64,000 bases of DNA from a bacterium. Its GTDB lineage: Bacteria > UBA8248 > JACPRG01 > G963555815. The position numbers and the translations under genes were made by a program. Positions within the stretch are counted from its first letter, which is position 1. Each line of letters starts with the position of its first letter. The stretch is from NCBI GenBank assembly GCA_965261595.1, contig CBDHDG010000006.1:1088001-1152000 (forward strand). Direction: 5' to 3'. Below the pieces are notes generated by a model. That model searched no databases. It was not told the origin of the DNA and saw only the letters and a program-made list of their open reading frames with translations. Below, in pieces: positions 43,915 to 54,353 of the stretch.

Positions 43915-44898
43915 CTACAGGATGAGCACCGTGGCGCCCCACGTCAAGCCGCCCCCGAAGGCGGCCAACAGCAAGGTGTCGCCCGGGCGGATGCGGCCTT
44001 CACGGACAGCCTCGTCCAAGGCGACGGGGATGCTCGCCGAGGAGGTGTTCCCGTACTTGTGGATGGTCAGCATCACCTGTTCCTTGGAAAGGTGCAGGCG
44101 TTTGACCGCCGCGTCGATAATCCGGATGTTGGCTTGGTGAGGGATGAACAGGTTGATTTCCTCGGCCGTCAGATGGTTGTGCTGGAGCGCTTCCGTACAG
44201 ACTTCGGTGAAGGCCCGGACCGCGAACTTGAACGTATCCTGGCCGTTCATCTTCAGGGTGTGCAGGTCCTGATCGACGGTCTCCCGGTTGATGGGGGTGA
44301 CCCTGGACCCCCCGCCCGCCACCGTCAGCGTCTCGCCGTTGCTGCCGTCGGAGTATAAGTGGCTGGACAGAATGCCCCGGCCATTCTCCGAGGGCGCCAG
44401 CACCACCGCCCCCGCTCCGTCTCCCCAAAGGACGCAGGTGGCGCGGTCCTTCCAGTTGACGACGCGCGTCATGATCTCGGCCCCCACGAACAGCGCCCGT
44501 TGGACCGACCCGCTCCGGATGAACTGGTCGGCGACGCTCAGACCGTAAACAAAACCCGAGCACGCCGCGTTCACGTCGAACGCGAAGGCCCGCTTCGCGC
44601 CGAGGCGGCTCTGGAGCCAGCAGGCGGCGGATGGGCAATTGGTGTCGGGGGTGATGGTGGCGACCACAATCAGATCCAACTCCTCGGGGGCGACATTGGC
44701 GGCTTCCAGCGCCTGCTTGGATGCCGGAAAGGCCAGGTCCGAGACCGCCGCGTCGGACGCCGCCCTCCGCCTTTCGGAAATGCCCGTCCGCGTCTTGATC
44801 CATTCGTCGGAGGTGTCGACGAGACCTTCAAGATAATCGTTGGTGATCACTTCGTCGGGCACATAGGCGCCCGTGCCGATGATCATGGCGGAATTCAA
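43915..44898 (-). CDS. fabH: 3-oxoacyl-ACP synthase III
   Basis: DTSDEWIKTRTGI, AACSGF, PHQAN, GNTSSAS. Confidence 0.96.
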   Translation of the reverse strand: MNSAMIIGTGAYVPDEVITNDYLEGLVDTSDEWIKTRTGISERRRAASDAAVSDLAFPASKQALEAANVAPEELDLIVVATITPDTNCPSAACWLQSRLGAKRAFAFDVNAACSGFVYGLSVADQFIRSGSVQRALFVGAEIMTRVVNWKDRATCVLWGDGAGAVVLAPSENGRGILSSHLYSDGSNGETLTVAGGGSRVTPINRETVDQDLHTLKMNGQDTFKFAVRAFTEVCTEALQHNHLTAEEINLFIPHQANIRIIDAAVKRLHLSKEQVMLTIHKYGNTSSASIPVALDEAVREGRIRPGDTLLLAAFGGGLTWGATVLIL

Positions 44899-44968
44899 AG
44901 GGCCTTCCTTTCTTCCCGGATTTGGGGCGGCGGCGGGACTCGGCCGCGCGGGTGAAGCGAGGTGAGGA

Positions 44969-46048
44969 TCAGGTCTCCTCCGAGTCATCGGAGAGGTGAA
45001 TGCTCTCTCGCAACTGCTTCCAAATTCGGTGCCCCACGCCCTCGCTGCTCTCGGCTTCCGCATTCCGAGCCACTTCGTCCCGGATGTGGTCGACCAAGTC
45101 TCCCCGGCGGGCGTTCCGGGCGGCGCCGATGGCGTTCTTGATGGCCTTGGCGTTCGATGTGCCGTGGGCTTTGATGCACACCCCGTTGATTCCCAACAGG
45201 GGCGCTCCCCCGTACTCGGTGTAATCCATCCGGCGATACAGGGAGCGCAGGCCGTTCTGGACGAGAAACATGCCGAGCCTGCCCCGAATCGACCCGGATT
45301 TTTCCTTGCGGAAGGCCTCGGTGAAGACCTCGGTCACACCCTCGGTGATCTTCAACGCTACGTTTCCCGCGAACCCGTCGCACACCACCACGTCGGCCGC
45401 TCCGCGAAAGACGTCGGTCCCTTCGACGTTGCCCAGAAAGTTGAACGTGCTGTTCTCCATCATTTCGAAGGCCAGCTTGGTGACCTTGTTCCCCTTGGAC
45501 TTCTCGGTGCCGACGCTGAGCAGACCGACGGTCGGATTTTCGATTTGAAGAACGGTCTTGCCAAAGGCGTGACCCATGATGCCGAACTGAAAGAGGTGTT
45601 GGGGTTTGCAATCCACGTTGGCACCGACGTCCATCATAATGCAAAAACCCTTCGCATTGGGGATCAATGCGCTGATGGCCGCCCGGTCGACCCCCTTGAT
45701 GGTCCGCAGAATCACCGTGCTGATGGCGAGAAGCGCCCCGGTGTTGCCGGCGCTGACGATGGCGTCGGCCTCGCCCTCTTTCAAGGCTTCGATGGCGCGG
45801 CGCATGGAAGAATCGGGCTTTTTTTTCAGGGCCTCGATCGGCGAGTCGTCCATCTCCACCACTTGCGCGGCGTGACGAACGGCGATGGGAAGCGATTCCG
45901 CCTCCAGGCTCCGGAGCGCCGGACGAATCAGATCCTCTTGGCCGACCAGGAGGATATCGACGCCGAATTCCCGGCAGGCGAGAACAGACCCTTCAATCAC
46001 CGCCGAAGGGGCGTTATCCCCCCCCATGGCATCCACGGCGATCTTCAT
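44969..46048 (-). CDS. plsX: Phosphate acyltransferase PlsX
   Basis: IAVDAMGGD, SAGNTGA, DGFAGN, GGAPLLG. Confidence 0.96.
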   Translation of the reverse strand: MKIAVDAMGGDNAPSAVIEGSVLACREFGVDILLVGQEDLIRPALRSLEAESLPIAVRHAAQVVEMDDSPIEALKKKPDSSMRRAIEALKEGEADAIVSAGNTGALLAISTVILRTIKGVDRAAISALIPNAKGFCIMMDVGANVDCKPQHLFQFGIMGHAFGKTVLQIENPTVGLLSVGTEKSKGNKVTKLAFEMMENSTFNFLGNVEGTDVFRGAADVVVCDGFAGNVALKITEGVTEVFTEAFRKEKSGSIRGRLGMFLVQNGLRSLYRRMDYTEYGGAPLLGINGVCIKAHGTSNAKAIKNAIGAARNARRGDLVDHIRDEVARNAEAESSEGVGHRIWKQLRESIHLSDDSEET

Positions 46049-46065
46049 CTTCGGTTCTCCGTCCC

Positions 46066-46248
46066 TCAGGCTTCCTTGGGAGAGAACACTTCGCTGCCCT
46101 TATAGTAACCGCAATGCGGACAGACGCGGTGAGGGAGCTTGACTTCGTTGCACTGCGGACAGCGCGAAGAGGCCGGACCCGGAACTTTGTTCTGGTGGCG
46201 GCGCTTATCCCGCCGGGAGCTGGAGTGTTTTCGCTTGGGAAGCGGCAT
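46066..46248 (-). CDS. rpmF: 50S ribosomal protein L32 (zinc-ribbon type)
   Basis: PKRKHS, CPQC...PHRVCPHCGYY. Confidence 0.96.
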   Translation of the reverse strand: MPLPKRKHSSSRRDKRRHQNKVPGPASSRCPQCNEVKLPHRVCPHCGYYKGSEVFSPKEA

Positions 46249-46251
46249 GGC

Positions 46252-46809
46252 TTAACTCTCTTTCGATGGAGACGCACCCTTCAGACGGGCCAGGGCCTCC
46301 CAGCGGGGGTCGGCGGACTCATGAACACATCCACACGACCCTTCGTTCAAGTTGGCCCCGCATTCCGGGCATAGGCCTTGACAATCGGTCCGGCAAAGGG
46401 GTTGGAGCGGAGCGGCCATCAACAGGTGATCCCGGACGGCGCCCCGCAAGTCCAACCGCCCGCCCCGGTAAAAGTACATGTCGGGCTCATCGGAGGCGAT
46501 TTCCACCACCTCCCCTTCGTCGGTTTCAGCGGATTGCTCCGGAACGAATGTGAACACGGTGTCCACCGAGAGCTCGACGCCGACCTTTCGAAGGCACCGG
46601 GAGCATGGAAACGACACCCCGGCGTTCGCCGTTCCCCGGCAGAGCACATCCGCGTCGAACCGCTGAAGGGTTCCGGTCCATTCGACGGGTCCCCGCCAAG
46701 CGCCCTCCTCCAGGTCGAATTCGAAAAAAGAAGGATGCCCAGAAAGATTTAGATCATGGCCTTCTTCGGGGATATCGTCAACATTGACAGTCCATTGCGT
46801 TTCGGCCAT
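46252..46809 (-). CDS. yceD: DUF177/YceD family protein
   Basis: CSRCL, LCRTDCQGLCPECG.NLN, DPRWEAL; canonical position upstream of rpmF. Confidence 0.9.
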   Translation of the reverse strand: MAETQWTVNVDDIPEEGHDLNLSGHPSFFEFDLEEGAWRGPVEWTGTLQRFDADVLCRGTANAGVSFPCSRCLRKVGVELSVDTVFTFVPEQSAETDEGEVVEIASDEPDMYFYRGGRLDLRGAVRDHLLMAAPLQPLCRTDCQGLCPECGANLNEGSCGCVHESADPRWEALARLKGASPSKES

Positions 46810-46892
46810 GCCTCCCATCTCCTTCGTGATCCCGAGAGGCCCCGTCAACACAAGCTTAACGCTTTTCTCCTGTCCAGCCAAACAAACACCCG

Positions 46893-46922
46893 TATATAAG
46901 AATTCGCGCCCGCCTTTGTCAA
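46893..46922 (-). promoter_or_regulatory. Putative sigma70 promoter of the yceD-rpmF-plsX-fab operon
   Basis: TTGACA-N18-TATATA on minus strand. Confidence 0.55.
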
Positions 46923-47008
46923 GCGAGAATCCCCACCCGGAAATAGGTGAGGATCGAAAGTTTATCAGGTTGATTATCAATGTGTTACATGAATTTTGTC
47001 CCTTGGAT

Positions 47009-48078
47009 TCATCTCGCCGGCCCATGAACCGTCCGCCCGCGAAGCAGGGCGTCCAGGATTCCCTCTCGAAGGCCCATGTGCGTCACGGTCAAGGTTTCGA
47101 GCCCGATCGCCCGAATCAGGCTCCGCAGGATTGAAAGTCCCGGGACGATGACGTCTTCTCGCCCCCGCTCCAAAAACGCCTCTTTCGAGCGCGCTTCCTG
47201 GTCGGCGCCGGCAAGCCGGCGGTAGATCGTCTCCAAATCCTCCCGGGATACGGAAGTCTGAAAAAAAGCCGGCGCTTGTTCAGGAGCCATTTGTCGCCGG
47301 ATCGCCGCGAGGTTCAGGGCCGTCCCGCCCGTGATGAGAACCGAGGCCACTCCATCTTTGAATGGCCCTATGGCATCGAACATCTTTTTGAGGACCCGCT
47401 CCACCTCTTTTTGAGGACCCGCTCCACCTCGGCTTCCAGTTTTCTGAGTGTTTCCGGGTCCGCGGGCGCCCCCAACGGGAAGCGACGCAGGAGGTCCAAC
47501 ACCCCCAGGCGCTCGCCGGCGTGTCGAAGCAGAGGCTCTTCCGCGTTCCCCTCGGGTTTCCCGACCCAAATGAGATCCAAGCTCCCGCCGCCGGGGTCCG
47601 CGATGAGGGTGGGGCCGTCCGGGTCGCGCGCCGTGAGGAGCGCCCCCTTCGCTGTCCATCGCGCCTCTTCCCCGGTCGAAAGGATCCGTGTGGGCAGGCC
47701 CGTTTCCACCTGGATTCGCCGCGCGAAGGCGGGTCCGTTCCGGGCTCCGCGCATCGCCTCGGTGGCGACGATTCGGGTCCGTTCAGGCGCTACGCCGAAC
47801 CGCTCGATGGCGGAGCGGAATTCTCCCAGGATTTGGAGCGCCCGGTCTTGTCCGTCCGGCGGGAGGTCTTGCCCCGGCGCCAGGTTTTCCGCGAGTCGTG
47901 AAATCCGGCGCGGCTGATGAAGCGACAGAAAAGGGACGGGCGGGCTTCCCGGCGGGGCCTCGGCGTCCCCCTCCCCCTCCCGCACCCCCTCCCCCCGCGC
48001 CGTTTCCGGGCGGGGCTCGGCGATGTGGAGGCGGATCGCCAAACTTCCCAGGTCGATGACCGCCGCGCGCCCGGACAC
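47009..48078 (-). pseudogene. ppx: Ppx/GppA exopolyphosphatase frameshifted by a 23-bp tandem duplication
   Basis: IDLGS, ATEAMRGARN, EEA, DPGGGS in one frame; TGGT, REDVIVPG, GLREG in another; duplication 47384-47429. Confidence 0.85.
47384..47429. repeat. Perfect 23-bp tandem duplication CTTTTTGAGGACCCGCTCCACCT
   Basis: Units 47384-47406 and 47407-47429. Confidence 0.95.
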
Positions 48079-48088
48079 AGAACCCTCG

Positions 48089-49324
48089 TTAGAAAACCCA
48101 CCGGAGAAGGAGATCGATCAAGATGGTGATGCCGGCCGCGATGGGAATAGTGGCGACCCACGATTTCAGGATGGTCCAGATCATTCCCAGGTTCAAGGCG
48201 GAGATTCCCCGGGCCAGTCCCACGCCGACCACCGACCCGACGAGCGTGTGGGTCGTGGAGATGGGCATGCCGATCTTGGAGAAGAGCAGGACGGTCGTGG
48301 CCGCCCCGAATGTGGCCGAGAACCCGCTTGAGGGGGCCATGTCCGTTATCTTCTTGCCGATGGTTTCGATCACCCGTCTTCCATAGGTCGCAATTCCGAC
48401 GACAATCCCAATCCCCCCCAACCCGAGCAGCCACAACGGCACAGGGACACTCAGAGAAACAACGGCCCCCCGGATCCCAGCGACGACGACGGCCAACGGG
48501 CCGATGGCGTTGGCGACGTCGTTGGCCCCGTGAGCGAACGCAACATAGGCCGCCGTCACAATCTGAAGCCAGCGGAAGACCCTTTCCGCGTAGTCCACGC
48601 CTTCCACGCCCCGAATCAGGTATTTCCGGATGATCCAACTGCCCAGCGCACCCAGAACGGCCCCGGAAAGCAGGGAGATGCCTATCGCCTCCCAGACGGG
48701 CAGATCCAGCTTCAGGTTCTTCAGGCCCTTATAGATGATGGACAGGGTGAGGACAGCGAAAACCAGCGCCATCAGATAGAGATCTTTGCCTCGGATGGCC
48801 TCTCTGGGGTCCTTGGCCGTGAGGATGGTTCGGCGGATGTACGTGAACATCGCGAACGAAATCAATCCCCCCATGACGGGAGAGAGAAACCAGCTTCCCA
48901 CGACGCTCCCCAGAACGCCGTAGTTGATCGCCCCGAAACCCGCGTTCAGGATTCCAAAGCCGGTGATCGCCCCGATGATGGAGTGGGTCGTTGAGACCGG
49001 CAGGCCGAAATGGGTCGCGATGTGAAGCCAGACGGCCGCGCCGACCAGGGCCGCGAACATGCCCCGCACCAGCGCTTCCGGGTCCTGGAGGAACGGTCCG
49101 GGGTCCAGAATTCCCTTGCGGATGGTGTTGGTTACGCTGGAACCGACCAAGAACGCCCCGGCAAACTCGAAGATGGCGGCGATGATGACGGCCTGGCGCA
49201 GGGTGATCGCCCCGGTGCCCACCGAGGTGCCCATGGCGTTGGCCACGTCGTTGGCGCCGATGTTCCACGCCATGTAGACGCCCACCAGCACCGCCGCCGG
49301 CAGGAGAAAGAAGGAGGATTCCAC
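48089..49324 (-). CDS. pit: Inorganic phosphate transporter, PiT family
   Basis: GANDVANAMGT, PVSTTHS, HGANDVANAIGP, PISTTH. Confidence 0.93.
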   Translation of the reverse strand: MESSFFLLPAAVLVGVYMAWNIGANDVANAMGTSVGTGAITLRQAVIIAAIFEFAGAFLVGSSVTNTIRKGILDPGPFLQDPEALVRGMFAALVGAAVWLHIATHFGLPVSTTHSIIGAITGFGILNAGFGAINYGVLGSVVGSWFLSPVMGGLISFAMFTYIRRTILTAKDPREAIRGKDLYLMALVFAVLTLSIIYKGLKNLKLDLPVWEAIGISLLSGAVLGALGSWIIRKYLIRGVEGVDYAERVFRWLQIVTAAYVAFAHGANDVANAIGPLAVVVAGIRGAVVSLSVPVPLWLLGLGGIGIVVGIATYGRRVIETIGKKITDMAPSSGFSATFGAATTVLLFSKIGMPISTTHTLVGSVVGVGLARGISALNLGMIWTILKSWVATIPIAAGITILIDLLLRWVF

Positions 49325-49350
49325 GTTTCCGGCCACCCCTCGCTCGGCGA

Positions 49351-50025
49351 TTAACCTTTCGACAGGAGCGCCCGAAGGCGGTCCGCAGTTTTCTCGGAAA
49401 AGTTTGCCAGGTCCCCGATCTTCTGGAAGATCTTGGACCACTGGAAGATGGACACCGGGTCCATCCGGTCTTCAATTCTGTACATGTGCTTCACCAAAAC
49501 GAACTGGACCTTGTCGGTCTCCCATTCCAGCATCCCGATATCGTTGATGCGCTCGAAGAGCCGATCGGCGTCCGGGCCGCCAAAGGCCGAGCCGAGCAGG
49601 CGCTCCACCTCTTCGACGACTTCGTAGGTCCGGTGGAAGACAGCCAGGCTTTTCCCGAGGAAATCCCGCAGGTCCTCCGCAAGCTCCTCCGGAACGATCA
49701 TCTTCCGCAGGGTCAGCATGACGCAGAGGTCCTCGACCGAGTCGGGAATGGAGTCCATTTGAGAAAGAACCGAGAAAAAGTCGCTCCGGCTCACCGGCAT
49801 GAACAGGGAGCGGGGCAGGTGGTCCCGGATCTCGTTCTTGATGATGTCGGCTTGGTGCTCCAGCTTGGACACGCGGTCGGTGATCCGTTGAATCTCCTCG
49901 GTGTCCTCCTTGAACACGGCGTCAAACAGCGGAGGAACGAGGTCGATGCACGCCTTCGCCTTCTTGATGTGCTCATGAAGGGGACCGAACGGTGACTTGC
50001 CGAACAACTGGGCGATGGTTCTCAT
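49351..50025 (-). CDS. DUF47 / TIGR00153 PhoU-like phosphate transport regulator
   Basis: FGKSPFGPL..H, LEHQADIIK..IR..LP.SLFMPV.R; upstream of pit. Confidence 0.9.
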   Translation of the reverse strand: MRTIAQLFGKSPFGPLHEHIKKAKACIDLVPPLFDAVFKEDTEEIQRITDRVSKLEHQADIIKNEIRDHLPRSLFMPVSRSDFFSVLSQMDSIPDSVEDLCVMLTLRKMIVPEELAEDLRDFLGKSLAVFHRTYEVVEEVERLLGSAFGGPDADRLFERINDIGMLEWETDKVQFVLVKHMYRIEDRMDPVSIFQWSKIFQKIGDLANFSEKTADRLRALLSKG

Positions 50026-50157
50026 GATGGAGCCTCCCCGGGAATGGCCCGAAAAGCAGGGGGGATCTTCGCCCGATCCAATCAGGGCGCGGAGGTGAAT
50101 TCTTGAGAGCGGGAAATTGGATGGAAAGAACAAGAGCCCGGAAGGTTTCAACCCCTT

Positions 50158-50679
50158 TCAAGATTGCTGACGGTGCGTCCGCGCGTATTCGATGTATTGA
50201 CGCGCGGATTTCCGGATCATCTCCAATTCTTCCGCCTTGACCTCCCGGCGGACATGGGCGGGCACGCCCGCAATCAGGCTCTTCGCGGGGACCCGGGTCC
50301 CCTCCCTGAGAACCGCGCCCGCCGCGACGATGGAACCGGCTCCGATCACGCACCCATTCAGGATCCGCGCGCCCATGCCGATCAACACCTCATCCTCCAC
50401 AATGGACCCGTGGATAATGGCCTGATGGCCCACGGTCACGTCGCGGCCCACCCGGACGTCATGTTGCCGGTTTTGGCCGTGAAGGACGCACCCGTCCTGG
50501 ATGTTGGTGTTTTCACCAATCGAGACCAGGGAAACGTCCCCGCGGAAGACGGCATGAAACCAGATTCCGGCATTTTCGCCGATCTCGACATCCCCGACGA
50601 TCACTGCCCCGGGAGCCAAGAATACAGAGGGTGGAATGCGTGGAGAAATCCCCAGATGGGGCAGGACGATTGGTTTCAC
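50158..50679 (-). CDS. Gamma-carbonic anhydrase family (YrdA-like) protein
   Basis: GDVEIG, RGD, NIQDGCVLH, VTVGH..IIHG hexapeptide repeats. Confidence 0.9.
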   Translation of the reverse strand: MKPIVLPHLGISPRIPPSVFLAPGAVIVGDVEIGENAGIWFHAVFRGDVSLVSIGENTNIQDGCVLHGQNRQHDVRVGRDVTVGHQAIIHGSIVEDEVLIGMGARILNGCVIGAGSIVAAGAVLREGTRVPAKSLIAGVPAHVRREVKAEELEMIRKSARQYIEYARTHRQQS

Positions 50680-52682
50680 CGTCCAACGGACTGGGCGGCG
50701 ACGATATCGGCGCCGGGCCGGGAATCGGCCTTCCGGATCCTCTCGTCCAACTGGTCGAACAGGAGATTCCAAATCCGCAAGAACCGCTTCCGGTCCGAGA
50801 TGGAGATGGGAGACCCCGAGACCCGACTCAACCGAAGCGGATTCATCGGCTTTCCTTCGTATCGGACCCGGAAATCCAGGTGCGGCCCGGTGGACAGACC
50901 TGTGGTGCCTACGTAGCCGATGACATCTCCGCGCCGGATCCGCTTGCCGCGTCGGACCCCCCTGGCGTACCGGGAAAGATGATGATATCGCGTGCTGAGT
51001 CTTCCCTGGTGTCTGAGCTCAATCGTCTTCCCGCCCTGACCGGCCCACCGCGCCGTAACGACCACGCCGTCCGCCGCCGCGCGCACCGGCGCCCCGTAAG
51101 GCGCCGCATAGTCGATCCCCCTGTGCGGCCGGTGAATCTTCAGGATGGGGTGGAATCTCCGACGGGAATACCCTGAGGAGATTCGGGTGTAATTCACCGG
51201 CGTTCGAAGGAAAAGGTTGTGCAGGGGCTTGCCCTCTTGATCGTAATACCGAAGTCGGCCGTTCTCGCCTGGAAATCCGATGGCCCGATGGACTTTGCTG
51301 CCGGTTTCCAATTTCGCCGCGAAAACCCGGCCCCAGCGCCGTCGCCCGCTTGAAGGCGAAATCCACTGTTCGGCGGCGATGGAAAACACATTCCCCGGCT
51401 GGAGATCGGAGCTGAAATCCACCTTCCAGCTAAAGACATTGGCCAGGGCGATTGCCAAGGCGCCGTTGCCGCCGGCCCGAACAACCGACTGGTAAAGAGA
51501 GCCCCGGATCTCTCCCTTCAAAATAGCCATGGTGCGGTCCGGTCTCCGGAGACGACCCCCCTTATTGCGGGACCGCTTGATATCCCGTCTCCCGCGGCGG
51601 CGCTTCGCACTCTCGGATGCGGGCTTAATCTTCAATTCATCCCGTTTGGGATCCCACTGGATGACTTCATCCCCGATTCGGATGTGTCTGACGTTAAACG
51701 TTTCCCAGACATTCCGCGCCAGGAGGCGAACCTCCGCGGATGAAGGGATCGTCGATTGATATCCGTTGGTGAGCCCGCGCCGTGGGGCGCCCATGGGCCG
51801 CACGCCGTCGGGTCTCGATAGGGAAGGCGACCCGCGATCTTGCAGGCGTGCGGACGCTGGAGCCTTACGGGGTATCGTCATGCGCGAGACGCTTTGTCTC
51901 ATTTTCCGCATGACGGGGATATTCCCGTTCGCTCGGGCCCGAGAGGGTTCACCCCCGCGAAGCGCCGTGGCCCGTAACCTGGCCGTCACAGGCTTGCGCT
52001 CCCAGCGTGCGCTCTTGGCGTACACAGGTCCGGGCCGCTTGACCGCTTCCGGCCATGGGGTCGGCTGGGGGGAGACAGGGACAGGCGGGGCGTAAAGCCT
52101 AGCCACCTCGGGTCCCCGCTTCGCGGACGCCTGAACGGGAAGTTTTTCTTCCACCGGCCAAGGCGTCGGCTGTTCCAACACGGGGGCCGGCGGGACGGGA
52201 GATTTCACCACCCGCGGCACCGGGATTCTCGGTTTTGTCTTTGGCGCTTGGTGGGCGGGACGTTTTGCCGGTTTCGACACGCGCGCCGCCGATCCTTTGA
52301 GCGTGTTCGAGTCCGAGGGAGGACCGGATTTTAAAGGCATGATTTGTTTGATGGACTTCGGAACGGCCGGCTCGGACGAAGAATCCACGCCGGACCTCGC
52401 CGGCGCCGGGAGATCGCGCCCTGGTTCTTTCTTTCCGGAAGCTTCGGTTTCTCCGGTCTTCGCGAGAGTGGGTGAGGGGGTGGAGGGGCGAATGGAGGCC
52501 GTCACGTTCGGAGGCGCCGGCCCTGCCGCGATCGCCAGGATCAAAAATATAACGATCCCCGCGAGATCCGCGATGTCGAGGCTGAAGGAACGGCCCTCTT
52601 CCCTTCGGCGCAACCTATTCGGCGCGCCGAGGATTCGGCTTATGCGATACACCCAGTGGCATCCTGTATGAGAAAGCGGCAT
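50676..52682 (-). CDS. M23 family peptidoglycan endopeptidase (MepM-like) with Pro-rich N-terminus; start uncertain
   Basis: RFHPIL, HRGIDYAA, YHHL, GLSTGPHLDF; N-terminal TM helix. Confidence 0.85.
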   Translation of the reverse strand: MPLSHTGCHWVYRISRILGAPNRLRRREEGRSFSLDIADLAGIVIFLILAIAAGPAPPNVTASIRPSTPSPTLAKTGETEASGKKEPGRDLPAPARSGVDSSSEPAVPKSIKQIMPLKSGPPSDSNTLKGSAARVSKPAKRPAHQAPKTKPRIPVPRVVKSPVPPAPVLEQPTPWPVEEKLPVQASAKRGPEVARLYAPPVPVSPQPTPWPEAVKRPGPVYAKSARWERKPVTARLRATALRGGEPSRARANGNIPVMRKMRQSVSRMTIPRKAPASARLQDRGSPSLSRPDGVRPMGAPRRGLTNGYQSTIPSSAEVRLLARNVWETFNVRHIRIGDEVIQWDPKRDELKIKPASESAKRRRGRRDIKRSRNKGGRLRRPDRTMAILKGEIRGSLYQSVVRAGGNGALAIALANVFSWKVDFSSDLQPGNVFSIAAEQWISPSSGRRRWGRVFAAKLETGSKVHRAIGFPGENGRLRYYDQEGKPLHNLFLRTPVNYTRISSGYSRRRFHPILKIHRPHRGIDYAAPYGAPVRAAADGVVVTARWAGQGGKTIELRHQGRLSTRYHHLSRYARGVRRGKRIRRGDVIGYVGTTGLSTGPHLDFRVRYEGKPMNPLRLSRVSGSPISISDRKRFLRIWNLLFDQLDERIRKADSRPGADIVAAQSVGR

Positions 52683-52830
52683 TCCGCCGCGCCCTGCACC
52701 CTATCCGGCGGACAGAGCCAAAATCGCTTGAATCCTATCAATTCAGCCCAAATGAGGCAAGTCTTTTCCCTTGCGTTCAAGGGATCGGCCATTTGGAGAA
52801 GAGGGATGCAATTCGCGGACCGTCTTTTTC

Positions 52831-54114
52831 TCATCCGTCGAGTTGTTCCACGCCCAACAGGCTCCGCCGGAGGACATCCAAGGCCATGATGGCGGCCCGG
52901 TCCTGGAGAAAGCGGCCGCCCCCGCCAAAATGCCGCCGCGCGCTCACCGGGGGCGCCGATTCGTCTCCCGTGACGAGAATGGTGTGGGTCGCCTCCGCCG
53001 ATGAAGCCGCCAATTCCTCTCCGATCGGAATCGGTCCGAAGACCGCGAGGCCGATGTCCGCGGAGGCAATCTTTCTCACCGCGTGTGCGAGTTCCTCGGC
53101 CGCGCCGGCCGAGATCTCCACGGGCCCTTCCCGCCCCAAGAGGGCGGCGACAGCATCAGGGGAGGACGCCACCCAGCCTCCTTTAAAAAAGGGGGCGCCG
53201 CCGGCAATGCCGGTCAGACGGGCGGCCAACGCGCCTCCGGTGACCGTTTCGAGAATCGCCACGGTCTTGCCGCTTTCTATCATCAACCGTCCGACGGCCT
53301 CCTCGGCCGTGTCCTGTCCGACGCCGAAAATGGCGGCGCCGAGCCGCTCGCGGACCCGTTTTTCCAACGCGTCCAGCATTCCCTCGACCTCTTCTTCGCC
53401 GCTTCCCTTCGCCGTGAGGCGGATGTCCACCTGTCCGGGGTGGGCCAGGACCGCGATGGACGGGTTCCTCGACGATTCGAACAGGTCGTGGATGAGGTGA
53501 TCGACGTGGCTTTCTCCCAAGGCGCAGCTCTTGAGGACGCGGACGCGAATCAAATCACCCAGGGGAAACCTGGATTGCAAGTAGGGAAGGATGCGGCTTT
53601 CCATGAGAAATTTCAATTCGCGCGGTACGCCGGGAAGGACAATGATCACCCCCTTGTCGTTTTCCACAATGAAGCAGGGGGCCGTCCCGACGGGGTTTTC
53701 GATGGGTTTCGCGCCCTCGGGAAGGTAGGCCTGTTTGCGGTTGTTGGGGCTCATGGTGAACCCGCGGCTCGTGAAGATGCCCTCGATCTGATCCATCAGC
53801 TCCTGGCTGTACACCAGGGGGACGCCCGCGACGGCGGCGACGGCTTCCCGGGTGAGGTCATCGACGGTCGGACCGAGCCCCCCCGAGGTGATGACGACTT
53901 CGGCGCGCTCATGGGCGCTCGCGACGGCGGTCGTCAGGCGCTTGAGGTTGTCTCCCACCACGGTTTTCAGGTGGAGGTTGATCCCGAGCCCTTTGAGCTT
54001 CTCCGCCAGGTAGACCGAGTTTGTATCCACCAGGTCGCCCAGGAGAATCTCGGTCCCGATGGCGATGATCTCCGCTTGGGTCTGTGGTGAAGCGTCTTTC
54101 TTCGATCCACTCAT
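52831..54114 (-). CDS. cinA: CinA-like competence/damage-inducible protein
   Basis: IGTEILLG..VDTN, GGLGPT.DDLT, LPGVPRE; degenerate PncC domain (ETVTGG). Confidence 0.88.
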   Translation of the reverse strand: MSGSKKDASPQTQAEIIAIGTEILLGDLVDTNSVYLAEKLKGLGINLHLKTVVGDNLKRLTTAVASAHERAEVVITSGGLGPTVDDLTREAVAAVAGVPLVYSQELMDQIEGIFTSRGFTMSPNNRKQAYLPEGAKPIENPVGTAPCFIVENDKGVIIVLPGVPRELKFLMESRILPYLQSRFPLGDLIRVRVLKSCALGESHVDHLIHDLFESSRNPSIAVLAHPGQVDIRLTAKGSGEEEVEGMLDALEKRVRERLGAAIFGVGQDTAEEAVGRLMIESGKTVAILETVTGGALAARLTGIAGGAPFFKGGWVASSPDAVAALLGREGPVEISAGAAEELAHAVRKIASADIGLAVFGPIPIGEELAASSAEATHTILVTGDESAPPVSARRHFGGGGRFLQDRAAIMALDVLRRSLLGVEQLDG

Positions 54115-54353
54115 GAGAACAGTCCGGCGCCTCTGTCCGGGCGCGGCGTCACCTCGCCGTTCGGCTCGGAGCGCAACCAGCGGGTTTGACACCGATTGTC
54201 GAATGGCTCACCGAAGGGAAATTGTAACACAGTGTCATCCCGTCTCCGCTGCGCCTCCACCCGCGCCCACGCCCGGAATGCCTGTTGATCTTCCGTCCGG
54301 GCGGGGTCATATAAAAAAGAAACTTAATCCGCTTCCCCCAAGGAAACAACCGG

